Source: the human T2T-CHM13v2.0 reference genome, Homo sapiens. From it: a stretch of DNA of 64,000 bases. Under the pieces are notes generated by a model. The model was not told where the DNA came from. It ran no database searches and saw only the letters and a program-made list of their open reading frames with translations. The stretch is taken from assembly GCF_009914755.1 (NCBI RefSeq), contig NC_060932.1. The stretch is one strand, 5' to 3'. Shown one piece after another: positions 34,714-50,657 of the stretch (positions are counted from its first letter, which is position 1; the number at the start of each line of letters is the position of its first letter). The translations under genes were made by a program, and so were the position numbers.

Positions 34714-35596
34714 TAAAAACTTTTAATCACAGTATCCCATGGATTCTCCTCAGTACTTATCAATGTGAAAAGAACACACTAAAGTTCCAATGTCTTCACA
34801 AAAACTCCTCTTAAACGTATTCCAACACAGTTGATCTCCCAAAAGGATCAAAACCACTCAGCTGCCGAAAATCTAACATACAGTTCCTTCCAAAGGTTAA
34901 TATCACCAAAAAAAAACAAAAAGTTAGAATTGATACCAGAAAAAGTAAAGAGGAACTTGCTCGGGTTACTCCACGCAGTCTTTGAATTTCATCTTCACCT
35001 TACAGTTGGCCAGGTCAATAGAAATACCTGCATTAGCATCCCAGAGAAGACAGAACTGTTTCTGTTCCAAGCAGAGTGCCTGGCCCACAGTAGGTGCTCA
35101 ATGACTATATGCTGAACCAATTAATTCCTAAAAGTGAAACTACTCCTGACCTATACACCTTCCTTTCTCCATCACTGTCAAATAAACTCTGGATAATTCT
35201 TTTCTTTTTTTGAGAACATCTAGGTTCGTAACAGCAAACTATCAATTCTGCATAGCAACTGACTGCGTAGTTCGAAGGAGAGGAAAGAAAATAGTTAAAA
35301 TACAATAAAAGGAGCAGACATAATCTGTTCAAAGGAATAATCTCTCATCCTAGAGTTCACTGTATTACGATTTTTAATGTAAACTTTTCATATCTTTGGG
35401 GGAAGTCACACAGGAAATTCACTACTGAAAATAAGACTCCATTTAAAAATATAGAACAGAGCTCACCAACTCTAATTGAATAGATACTATCATGAAATTA
35501 GTTTTCCAATGAGATTAGTACATATACAAGTCTACCTGAAGAAACAAACTCTATTTTCCAACATGTCTAAATTTAGTTACTTCAGTTAACACTATA

Positions 35597-36860
<1,264 letters not shown>

Positions 36861-37734
36861 AGCAAACAGGTGGCCTAACAGGAACTTATAACATCCAATT
36901 CACAGGTATGGCACTGAACTGATCTAACTATAAATTATTTCCTGTTTCCAGGCAGTTAACCTGTTAGATCATTTAATAATTGTAGAAATCCGATAACTGT
37001 ATTTAAATTCAGCCACATGTGATAAAGTTTCTACAGGTAAGAGTTCTTACAGCACTTAAATATAGAATAAAGCATTTTAATTACTTGTCTACCCTGAATT
37101 TTTAATATATACTTTTAATAAATGCTCAAATTACATAGAGCCATTTTATGAATGAGATTCTCTATCAATTCATGACTGTATGAGAATCATTTCAAGGGTA
37201 ATAACAGTAAGATTATGTTTTATTTCAATGTTCACAGGGAAAATTGAACCCTGAAATAGATCTCTAAAAATTTCATCAAAGAAAAATACCGTTAATTTTC
37301 AATTGTTAAAGAAAAATCTACAGGTATTCAGTGGGCTGCTAATAATACAACAAATTGAGATCAAATCTCCAATTTTCAAAATACATTCAATGTTAACTTT
37401 ACCATCTTTCCACCCTAGGAGTATCCTCCATCATCTTAAGCAAAATGAAGATCATTTTACTTATGTCTACCAAGGTGTGCAGCAACTTAAAGCATCACTG
37501 CTCTCCAAGGAACTATAATTCAGAGCACCTTAAGTAAATTTACAGCTAAGATACTAGGTCAATGTAAAAAACAGGTACTAACAAAATTCTCCTAATCTCC
37601 AAATATCTATTTAAGCACCAAAATTTACTGTTTAAGAAGTCATAATTTCAACTATATACAATAACATCCTAAAACACAACAGAGTAAAGTACACATCTGG
37701 GCATCAAAACTCCCAACTCTCCAGAACTTTACCT

Positions 37735-38042
<308 letters not shown>

Positions 38043-38648
38043 TAGGATACTGTATTCCTGTCCCATGCAACTACAGCTGTCATAAATAGCATTTAGGACT
38101 TCATCATATGCAAAGCCATAATACATGACAGAAAGCTATAATACAAACAGCAGAAACAAGAATTGCTAAGTTTGCTTAGTTGCGCCTATGGGTCATGAGA
38201 ATCTGTCTCATTTCTGTCTAACGAGTAATCTGCAACAAAATGGAAAACAGAAAAATGTTCTCAGAGTCATCTGCTTGTTTCAAATTCAAGTCTCCATGAT
38301 TTGGCTGCTCATCAACTTCCAGTAGTAAGGTGTTCTAAGAACCTTTAGTTAAAGTTTTAAAGTCTCACGCTGGAGTACTCCTCAAGCAAAATAATAAAAA
38401 AAAATTTAAAAAAAAGTTTTAAACTCATATGTCACTTTTTCATTGTAATGTAAATAAGTTCTTTTAGTCAGATTAACATTCTACATTTTTAATCTTAGGC
38501 TTCAAATATTTCAAAGTACCAGAACAAATCTATGAAGCTCTCATAGCTACAACTCACCAATAAAAAACCAGAGGTGATCACTCCACAGAAGTCCCCAAAC
38601 AAAAAACTTGAATATAACTTCCCAGAAATGTGAATTTGTAGCATCCTA

Positions 38649-39615
<967 letters not shown>

Positions 39616-39932
39616 CTGAAAAGCAATGAAAATAAGGTCAGTTTTCTACCAAGACCTATTTCGAATGAAAATAAGCATCCTCATCATAAAGCAATCAAAC
39701 AGCAAGTGTTTACTAGGCACCCTTAAGAATTTCCAAACTTATCTATTAATATTCCAAAACAATCATGTATGTAAACCATTGGGATAAAAAAGAAAAAAAA
39801 AGAAAAGAAAAAAAAAAGATGAGTAATTAGGATACAATGAGGAAACACGATGACATGTTCTAAGAATGACCTTTAAGCTACCACTAACCAGAGTGGGTGA
39901 TGGCTATTCTGTACTCCGCAATCTCTGCTCAC

Positions 39933-40020
39933 CAGTCTAGGAATTTCAACTCTTCCTTGACATCTTTCCCCAAGAAACTAGTCAGCACTTCAACAAGTAT
40001 CTGGATTAGTAGAAAGAATC
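39933..40020 (-). other. KAT6A: Probable alternative 88-nt non-coding 5'UTR exon
   Basis: Acceptor cacttttactttcattgcag|GATTC at 40021/40020; donor CTG|GTGAGC at 39933/39932. Confidence 0.7.
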
Positions 40021-42209
40021 CTGCAATGAAAGTAAAAGTGAATCTTTCATCTTTCAAAATTCTAGACATTCAGAGTAGACAAAAACAGTCAATAAGGCAG
40101 AAAACGACTGAGAAAATTTTAGTTCTTACATGAAAAGAATGAATACAATATGCACACCCAGTTTATAATTTAAGTACAGTATTACCTTAATCTCTCCTAA
40201 TGGAAACAAAAATACTATTGAAAATAGCCTAGAGTAAAAGTGCTTACTGAATTTAACAATAATCCACTTTCATTCAAATTTTAAGAATTACATGCTGATA
40301 GCTTCTCCTAACCCAAACTAAGATGTTTCTATTCATATGCTGAAGAGAGTCACAACTGTCAAACTGCGTGTAATTCAGACAGGAAAACTAGAAATGAGGA
40401 AGGCCCAGAATCACTGGGGTCAACGCACATACTACATATCAAACGGACGGTACAGAAAAAGAAATACACTGGCTACTTGTAGGACTAAAGAGAAGCCCAA
40501 ATAATAAAGATATAAATTCAAGATTGCTGTCCTGAAACGAACATTAATAAAACATAAACAGAAATGTACTGTCTCTCTGAATCAAAGTCAGTATCCCTAT
40601 AAAAGAATCTGGTAGATGCAATCTTGTTTAATCACTAAAGTACTGAATTCTGAATCTAACTCTTTTGCCTCCAAAAATAAGTTTAACTGAAGTGTTTTTT
40701 AGAACTTCTGCTCTCATTCTGGAGATCATTTGCATTACAATATAAACAATGCTAGACAAATGGCTCCCACAGCAACTATTCTTGGTAGTGACATTAAAAT
40801 CAAACGGAAAACTAATACACACTAGGAAAGAGATATTACTATTAACTCTGATAGGAAAGAAAAGAGTGAAGCAAACATTCAAACCTGAGCCAAGATTTGT
40901 TTTTAAATCAGCTGCCTAAAAAGAAGCCCCCTGGGAGAATCATGCTTCAATTTGGTGAGGGTCTCAAGAGGATAGAAATCAGAGTATCATTACTCCAAGT
41001 AAGCTCATTATACAGATATTAAGTCTAAACTAAATGAGAAGCTACATCCTGAGTTTAACAAGCTGGGAACGAACGTCCTAATTGACTAAGCTTCGCAGGT
41101 AAAAGAATGAGTGACAGTCACTCATTGTCTTTCCAGTCGGGATTGTCATCAGTCTCCAGGTCTTCGGAAAGTCAAGCGCCTGCAGCCTCGGATCTTAACT
41201 CCCGGAAAGTACACGAGCGGCTAGAGCGAGCGCAACTCGCTTCCGACAGTCCTTCCCGTCCCCATTCCCCACCCCTAAACACGTCTTCGCGCTCTCTTTT
41301 CAAAGAGCGAGAAACTTTAAAAACTTGGATCTGCACAGCCCGGCAGCTCGCCGACGGGGCGCTGCACCGTTTCCACGCGATGGAAACAGACCCCGAGCAC
41401 AAGTTAACAATGAAATCACGTGAAGGAGTTCAGAGCGGTGCATAGCCCCGGCCCAGCTCCGCACCCTAAGCTCTGGGGGCCGGCTCGAGGGCGGCGCGGG
41501 TTGCTGGGAGCCTGACAGTCGCGCACCGGGCCAAGCCGCGAGGTTGACAGGCGCCCGGCCTCCCCTCGGCGGCTGGGCTGACAGCCCGGCAGACACAACA
41601 CCACACGTGCTGCGCCTCGCACCACAACACCCGCCGGCCTGTCAGCCCCGCTCGCCGCCTCAGCCCCGCTCGGATCCCCGCGCCCCCGGCCGGAGCCAAA
41701 GCCGGAGCCGGAACCCGAGCCCGAGCCCGAACCCGAGCGCCCGCGAGCGCGGGGAGAAGCGGCCCGGCCCGGCACAGCCGGCACGCGCGCGGCGGGCGGG
41801 TGGGCGCGCCCCGAGGGAGAGCGGGCTCGCCGGCTCCGCCAGCCCGAGGCTCCGCGGCCTGGGCCGCTCGCCGCCCGCCCACCCGCCGGCTCCCCCAGGG
41901 CGGGCCCGGCCGGCGGGATCGGGGGCGCGGGGCCCGCGAGCGCGGGGCCGGGCGGCGGCGCGCGGGCCGCGGGCCGGGGCAGCCGGGCGCCGAACAAGCG
42001 AGCAAGCGAGCGAGCGAGCGGGCGGGCGCGAGGGGGCGGCCACGGCGCCCCAGCCCGAGGCCTGGCGCAGAGCAGCGGGAGGCGGCGCAGGCCGCGGCGG
42101 GGCCTGCAGCGGCCCGCCGACCCCGCGAGGCAGCGGAGTGGGCCCTGGAGCGGCTCGGCCTCGGGCTGGGCGGCCGGGGGCGGCCGGGAACGGCCCCTCG
42201 GCTACTTAC

Positions 42210-42296
42210 CGGGAGGAAGGACAGCCGAGATCCCGGGGCCCCGGGCCGGACCGCGGAGATGCCCCAAACTGACACGGCCGCCATCTTGGAGACAGT
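42210..42296 (-). other. KAT6A: KAT6A exon 1 (start site approximate)
   Basis: Consensus donor CCG|GTAAGT at 42210/42209 inside the CpG island; YY1/TISU motif and Inr-like TCACTGT near 42296. Confidence 0.8.
42277..42288 (-). promoter_or_regulatory. YY1 site / TISU element CAAGATGGCGGC
   Basis: Exact match to the YY1 consensus and to TISU consensus SAASATGGCGGC. Confidence 0.85.
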
Positions 42297-42492
42297 GAGC
42301 TCCAGCCGGGGGGAGGGGAGGCAAGGCGGCGGAACAGCCGCGGGGGGAGGGGAGCGTCGCGAGGGAACGGCGGCCTGGGGGAGGGAGCTGGAAGAGCCTG
42401 GGCGGGCGGCGAGGGGAGGCGGAGGCCCGGCAGCGCGGGTGGGGGGCGGCCGAGAGCGGGAAGAGCTGGGCCGAGAGCCGGGAAAGGCCGGA

Positions 42493-42506
42493 GGGCGGGG
42501 CGGGGC
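42493..42506 (+). promoter_or_regulatory. Tandem GC boxes (Sp/KLF)
   Basis: GGGCGGGGCGGGGC about 200 bp upstream of exon 1. Confidence 0.65.
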
Positions 42507-42529
42507 AGCAGGGAAGAGCCGGCCGGCGG

Positions 42530-42539
42530 GGTCACGTGG
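42530..42539. promoter_or_regulatory. E-box GGTCACGTGG (USF/MiT-TFE type)
   Basis: GTCACGTG in the proximal promoter; further CACGTG at 41417-41422 and 41604-41609. Confidence 0.6.
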
Positions 42540-43323
42540 GGCCGGTACAAAAGGCCAAAGCCAGGGGAGGAGGAGGACTTGGTGGGGCTGGAGGCTGGGG
42601 AGCGGGGGTTCCTCCTCTCCCGTCTCACGCGTTTAAGTCAGACGGCGACCCGGGAGAGGAGGAGCTGGTGCACCCCATGCCACCGCTGGGGAAACTGAGG
42701 GCAGGAGTCTGGGTGGGGTGGCTTCAGTGTGGCACGGAAATCCGGCAGCCACGCAGGATGGGAACTCTCGGCGGCGTCTGTTTACAGTTAGTGAGCCCTC
42801 CCTCCCCACTCATTTGCCTGCACAGCGACTTTCCGGAGCCCGAGGGCGGGGCCTGGGGGGCGGAGAGGAGGCGGCTTCCCGTCCTCACCCCTGGCAGCTC
42901 GCCTCAGCCCCCGACGGCTCTCCTGTGTCGGTGGGAAGAGTTGGGGAGAGGGTGGAACCAGAAGCACCCGTCTTAACCCCTTTCAGCAGTGACTTCATTT
43001 CTTCCCTCCCCCAGCAGCTGAGAGGGTTCTTGGACCTCACTAGAGCCATTTTATGGGAGACTCCACAGACCTGGGTCGTGTGACTTGGACAAGGTCACAC
43101 AGCTAGTATGTGGCGCGCACCTGAGCCTGGGACTGAGATTTGTCTTATTCCAAAGCCGGTCTTCCCTTCTTGCCCTGTGCGGAACTCTTGTCCATACTTA
43201 GGGCGTTGGAACCACGAGCAGGCGGTTCTTCATGGCCTGCCTGTCCACTACTGGCTGTATGGACGTTTCTTTGTCTTGCCTTTCATCTACTTTAAACTCT
43301 TTGATGCAGAGACTGAGTCATAC

Positions 43324-43624
43324 TTTTTTTTTTTTTTTTTGAGACAGTGTCGCTCTGTTGCCCAGGCTGGAGTGCAAGTGGTGCGATCTTGGCTCACTGC
43401 AACCTCCGTCTCCTGGGTTCAAGCGATTCTCCTACCTCATCCTCCTGAGTAGCTGGGACTGCAGGCGCCCGCCACCACGCCTGGCTTATTTTTGTATTTT
43501 TAGTAGAGACGGGGTGTCACTATGTTGGCCAGGCCGCTGGTCTCGAACTCCTGACTTCAAGTGATCCGCCCTCTTCGGCCTCCCAAAGTGCTGGGATTAC
43601 AGGCCTGAGACACTGCACCTGGCC
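43324..43624 (-). mobile_element. AluS
   Basis: Antisense Alu. Confidence 0.9.
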
Positions 43625-43918
43625 AAGTCATGCATTTTTTTTTTTCTGCATTCACTAGAAAGACAGTAGACATGAAAAAGACACTAAATGTTTAATCGTT
43701 GACATGGACGTGTATCCTGCTGCCTGACCTTTATCTGCCCTGTCCCCAACCCCATACGACACACCCCGCCTAGACTGTCGCCCGCAATACCTCATTTTAT
43801 CTCAGCTTTAGCTTTTAAGGGCCTCCCTCTCACCCACTGCCTTAACTTCCATGCTGACTTCCTTTTCTGAACTTCTGTAGTAGTATCATTTGCTCTAGTC
43901 ATTTTGCACTTACATGTG

Positions 43919-43942
43919 ATATATATATATATATATATATAT
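43919..43942. repeat. (AT)n microsatellite
   Basis: Read directly. Confidence 0.9.
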
Positions 43943-44096
43943 TCCGAATACATTCACTGGTAAATGCTCTCCTATAATGACTCTGCATCTCCAGCACCTA
44001 GAATAATGTTGTACAAGTACTGTAGTAGGCGGTTTAAAATAAAAAAATGTTGCTCGTGAATGAACAATTTTTTAAGCCGTTAAGAAAGCCGTTTGT

Positions 44097-44210
44097 GGCG
44101 GGGCGCTGCTGTAGCCCAGCTACTCGGGAGGCCTGCTTGAGCCCGGGAGTTCCAGGCTGCAGTGAACTATGATCGCCACTACACTCCAGCCTGAGAGACA
44201 CAGCAAGAGG
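44097..44210 (+). mobile_element. FAM/FRAM-like Alu monomer
   Basis: GCTTGAGCCCGGGAGTTCCAGGCTGCAGTGAACTATGATCG. Confidence 0.65.
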
Positions 44211-44543
44211 GAACCCAAACTTTTCTATCTATCCCGTCTCCACTCTAATCCATAGCCCTACCCTCCATACGGTAGACTCTGGACCATTCAGTAAGAATAA
44301 CGTAACTTTTCAGATCATGGTCCAGCCTAATCAATATCCTGACACTGACAGAAACAGAAGTGTAATGTAGTGAGGTTGACTGAGTTGCCATTCATCGCCT
44401 ACTTCCAAGCCCCATCTCCAAAGCAGTAGAGAAATTTGGAATACATGATAATCCAATAGAAAGGATCTCTTTCATCCTAGATGAATCAGATAGACACATT
44501 CTCAGGTAAAATGGTCCCTGTTTGTAATGAAATCACCTCCAGG

Positions 44544-44596
<53 letters not shown>
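44544..44596. repeat. (A)n(TA)n microsatellite
   Basis: Read directly. Confidence 0.92.
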
Positions 44597-44599
<3 letters not shown>

Positions 44600-45184
44600 C
44601 TTTTAGTAGAATAGGCAGATTTTTATTTCCCAAAGAGGGCAGATAAAGTCATATTAATGCAAAGACAATGAGTTCTTCATGTGAGACTAGAGTGTGTGGC
44701 CTTCAGAAGAAAAATAATACAGAGATGAGTTGTGTTTACTTTTGGATAATTTGGAAGAAAACTAGCCACAGCCATCCTGTGAAAAGACCAAACTGGGGAT
44801 TAAACAGTAGCAAGAATTTAAAACAATTTATAACAACAAAGCACAGTTGAGCTTTTCACACAGCTTCCATAAAGAGTCTCTGCTTTACATTTGCATAACT
44901 AAATGGCACATTCAGGAGGTCTTCTCAAAATAAAAATCTTGCAACAAAGACGGATTAAAGTCCTCATCATTTGCAAGTTAAAAAGCAATCTGCACTCTGA
45001 AAGGATAGTTTTTCTTAGCTCAAACTTTACTCACGATTCAGCCCTGTGGAGCTGGCAACTAAAGGTTATTTCCCCCTTGCATATTTTGCTCTAGGAATCC
45101 CTGCCTTTTCACTTGTACTTGGTACTTGTGTCTTATACAGAGTCCATGCCAGCCTGAAATTGGAAGTTTGCTCTGTCCTGGTTT

Positions 45185-47340
45185 CAACAGGAAACATTTT
45201 TAGTCCATTTACATTTAATATAATTACTGGTATATGTGGATGTATGCCTACCATCTTACCATTTATTTTGGATCACCTATTTCACATTCCTTGTTCTCTG
45301 CTTTTTGCCTTCTTTTGAATTAATTAAAATATTTTAACTATATCATTAACCCCCTCTATTAATTTTTAAATTATACATTACTAGTTTTAGAGATTACAAC
45401 ATTGCTTTTTGACTTATGATCTTATACAAAATAATTACTTTTACCACTTCCCCGGGAATGCTAAGACATTAAAATACTGTATCTCCACCTACCCATCTCC
45501 CTTTTGTGTTTATTGTCGTCAAGGATTTTAATTGTGTGTGTATTTTAAGCCACACAAGAATTTATACTTATTGTTCTGTACAATAAGTACTCATTTAGAT
45601 TAACCTCCATATTTATCCTTATATTGCTCTTCATTCCAATATGCATTTCTGTGCTTCTGTCTGAAGGTTTTCCTTCTATTTGAATAATTCCCCTGTTTTA
45701 CAGCAGGTCTGCTGATGACAAGTTCTCTCCAAGGTTGTTTGAGTTTTTGCTTTTTGTTTTTTGTGGGGTTTTATTGCCTAAAACTTTGCATTATCCTTCA
45801 TATTTTTGCTGGGTATAGCATTCTGATTTGGCAAGTTTTTTTTGTTTTTTGGTTTTTTTTTCCCAGCACTTTGAAGATGTTCTTCCATTGTCTTCTGGTT
45901 TCTGTCACTCCCTTTTATTCCTTTGAAAGTAATGTCTTTTTTCCTTTGACTCCTTTTAGGATTTTTTCTTGTCTTTGGTTGTCAACAGCTTTACTATGAC
46001 GTGTGTAGATGTGGTTTTCTTTGTATTTATCCTACTTGGGTTCATGAGTGCAATGGGTGTATGCGGAGTCCCTTGCATTTGTGGGTTTATATCTTTTAGG
46101 AAATTCTTGATCACTGTCTCTTCTCTCTCCTTTCCTTTTAGGGTTTAAATTATACATATGTCAGAATTTTTCATTGTTTACCATCTGTATTTCCTATCAT
46201 CTTTTTTCCCCCATTTTTTTCTCTATGCATGAGTCGGTATATTTTCTATTTAATTGTGTACTTTTAAACCCATTTGTGAATTCTTTATTTTGTTTATTAT
46301 ATTTTTAAGTTCTAGAATTTTCATACGATTCTTAAAATCAAATTCATTTGGAGAAATTATTTATTTATATATGTATTTTCTCTGCTGTTGCCTTTATTTT
46401 CTTGAACATATCAATCCTAGATTTTTTTTTAACCCTAGATATTTTAAAGCTCTTTCCAATCATTACAATAGCTGAATCTTCTGTGGATCTATTTCTATTG
46501 TATATTCTTTCCATTGGTTTCGGTCATTTTTTTTCCTGGCTCTTAGCTTGCCTGAGAATTTTTAATAGGATGTCACACTTTCAAGTATGAAAAATTGCAG
46601 AGGCTCTGGATAGTATTATCATCATCCAGAGAAGGATTCCTACTGTCCTTTGCAAAGCATTTAGAGTGAGAGCTAACCACCTTAATCAACCAGAGACTGA
46701 GTTAACTTGGGGTTGGGTTTTGGCAAGATTTAATTCACCTCTTTTTTGCTGCTGCTCCAGTAGCATAAGCCTCCAGGGGTTCCAACTGAGAGTTGTGTGT
46801 GTTCCCTGGGACCCTTCATCCCAGTGGATACTGAACTCTAATTCTTGTTTCTGCAGAACCATGAGACGGTCAAAATCTCTTCACTCTGCTTTTCAGAGCC
46901 TTTCTGCTAAGCTTCTTAACCTTCTGTCTCATGCATCTTCAGAATTTGGAAAATGACTTGAGGGAGACTGACATTATTGGGCTCAATTATTTACCCCTCC
47001 CTTCTCACTGGGAATCTGGCCCCTCTTGTTCTTAAGTTTGTCTCTCCAACTCTGCTGAACTGACAGAATCATCCCTGGTGGTGTCTTTGCCTGTTAGGGC
47101 CTCTTTCTATACTCAGAACCAAAACTCAGACTCTGGCCTTATGCCCAGAATTTCCCCAAGGAATGAAGGTACTGCTGAATGTCAGCTCACCTCTATGTAT
47201 AGTTTCCCCTTCTCTGAGATTGTGTCCTCATAAGTTCTGGTTGCCTCAGCAGCCTTCAAACAGATGTTTTATGTTTTAGCTGGCTCTCCTAATTGTTTTC
47301 AGCTGGATTATTGGTTGGCTATAAGTACCCCCATCGTACT
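45185..47340 (-). mobile_element. Old L1M (ORF1/5' region)
   Basis: T-rich antisense L1 motifs; VIILNVNGL (ORF2 start-like) at ~45200. Confidence 0.62.
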
Positions 47341-48574
47341 CAGAACCAGGAAATGTTTTTCATATGAAATGATCTTGCCTTCCCCCTCAGTAAAAAAAAA
47401 AAATGTCTGAACAAGGCTCTGCTTGAGGTATCAAGATATGGTTTACAACACTCTCAGTGTATCAGAATCATCTCAGTACTTTTTAATAAGTAAAAGAGTC
47501 CAGAATTCCACACCAGACCTACTAGATCCGAATTTCTGAGAGATTAATTTGGCTCTGTATTTTAAAATGCTTTCCAGGTATGAACATTTGCTCTGACAAC
47601 AATTGAGTCATGGGGACTGGATTTATCCTTCCCTCTTAAACATCTGGAAAAAAAATAATAATGGTTTTCTGACAAAATATATGAAACAATGGTTTTTAGA
47701 CATTGGACAATAGACAGTGTAGGACAGTGATTAAGGTAAGAGAAGTAAACAAGTTGAGCCATCTAATTGCCCCAGCCTACTGCCTTGCAACAGTTTCCAG
47801 ACCATGGGACAGGCAGTGGCAGAGCCCAAAGCCCAGCAATACTGCTGACTTGAGGAGACAAATATCAGGCTTCAGGGAGGCCGACGTAGCTAAAGTTTGG
47901 AGGACAGAGAACCAGAAAGGGGAAAGCTACATATGTATATACAACTCCAAATATCTACAGAGGGGTCCTTTTGCTTCTTTGGATGAGCATTGATTTGCAC
48001 ATATTTAAGAAGAGACTAATTGGAAACTAATTGGGAAAACAAACCACCAAAAAAGGGCAGGAAAAACAATTCCCAGAGCTCCCATATGAATGGAAATTGT
48101 GCCTGTTTTCACCAGCCGAATGGAAAGACCTATCTGTACATTTTGTCCTTAGTCCTCAGGAGGGTGTCATCTTGGTACTGAAAATGAATTTGCCTATATT
48201 AAAAGGAGCGTGGGAGATTTGAAGAAATAATGGCTGAAATAGTCCCAAATTTAATAAAAACTATAAACCCACAAATTCAAGGCATTCAAAGAACACGAAG
48301 CAGAATAAAAAATTGTAACCACAACAAGGCACATTATAGTAAAATTGCTGAAACCAGGCGAAAGTCTTAATATCAGCCAGAAAAAAAAGATAATACACAG
48401 GAAAGAACAAAGATAGGAATTACATTAGACTTGTTATTAGAAACTATTCAACCAAGAAAAAAAGTCTTCAGATTGCTGAAAGATTTTTAAAAATCAACCT
48501 AGAGTTCTTTACTCAGCAAAAATGTCTTTCAGAAATGGAAGAGAAAAATGTTTCAGACAAAAAAAAAAAAAAGC

Positions 48575-49211
<637 letters not shown>

Positions 49212-50206
49212 GGAAGGGAGGGAGGGAGGGAGGGGGAGAGGGGAGAGCAGGAAAGAATAAAGCTAAGATAGTTTATCATGAGAAAACATGAACTTCCAGA
49301 GCAAGACCTTGTCAGAAAGAAAGAGAAGAGAGAGAAAGAGAGAGAGAAAGAAAGAAAGAAAAGAAAGAAAGAGCTAAGATAGTTTATCACTAGCAAACAT
49401 GAACTTCCAGAAATATTGAAGATACTTCTTCAAAAATAATGGGAAAGGATACTAGACTGAAATTTTGATTTGTAGATAAATGTTAAGAACTCTGTAATTG
49501 TGAAATGTGTGGATAAGTACAATTTTTTTATTTATAAGATTATTGTGTAAGGCAAATTAATAACAATGTATTATGGGGTTTAAAACTTATGTAATAGTAA
49601 AATGGATAATAGGGAGAATATGGAGAAATGGGAATAGTGGTTACAAAGTTTTACACTGTATGTATAGTGGCAAATTATCATTTGAAGGTAGACTGTAGTA
49701 AGCTAAAGATGCATATTGTAAACCTTGCAACAACCACTAAAAGTAATAATAAAACTAAAGTAGAGCTACTAGGCCAATCGTGGAAATAAAAGAGTCACAA
49801 AAATACTCAATTTAGAAGAAAACAGGAAAAGAAGAAAAAAAAGGAGTAAAAACCAGATTAGACAAATAGAAAACTATAGCAAGATGATACACTTAAACTC
49901 AACTATATTGATAATTGTATTAAATATAAGTGGTCTAAACATCAAACTAAGAGGCAGAGATTATCAGATTGTATATAAAAGCAAGAGCAAAATATGTGCT
50001 GTTTGTAGGAACACATTTTAGATAAACACAAATATGTTAAATGCAAAAGAATGAAAAATACATGCCAGGCAAACACGAACCAAAAGAATGATGGAGTGAC
50101 AGTATTACTATCAAACAGACAGATTTCAGAACAGGGAATATTACCAGGAATAAAGATTAATATTTCAGAATGATAAGAGAGTCAATTTATCAAATAGACA
50201 CAATAA

Positions 50207-50657
<451 letters not shown>

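Larger units (their letters stand above)
41150..43270. promoter_or_regulatory. CpG island promoter of KAT6A
   Basis: Very high GC and CpG density against AT-rich flanks; spans exon 1. Confidence 0.95.

Noticed and set aside
41107-43083. Multiple long overlapping ORFs (up to 278 aa) on both strands
   Set aside because: Low-complexity R/P/G/A translations expected from stop-poor GC-rich DNA; only the first 25 codons of 41466..42284 lie in an exon.
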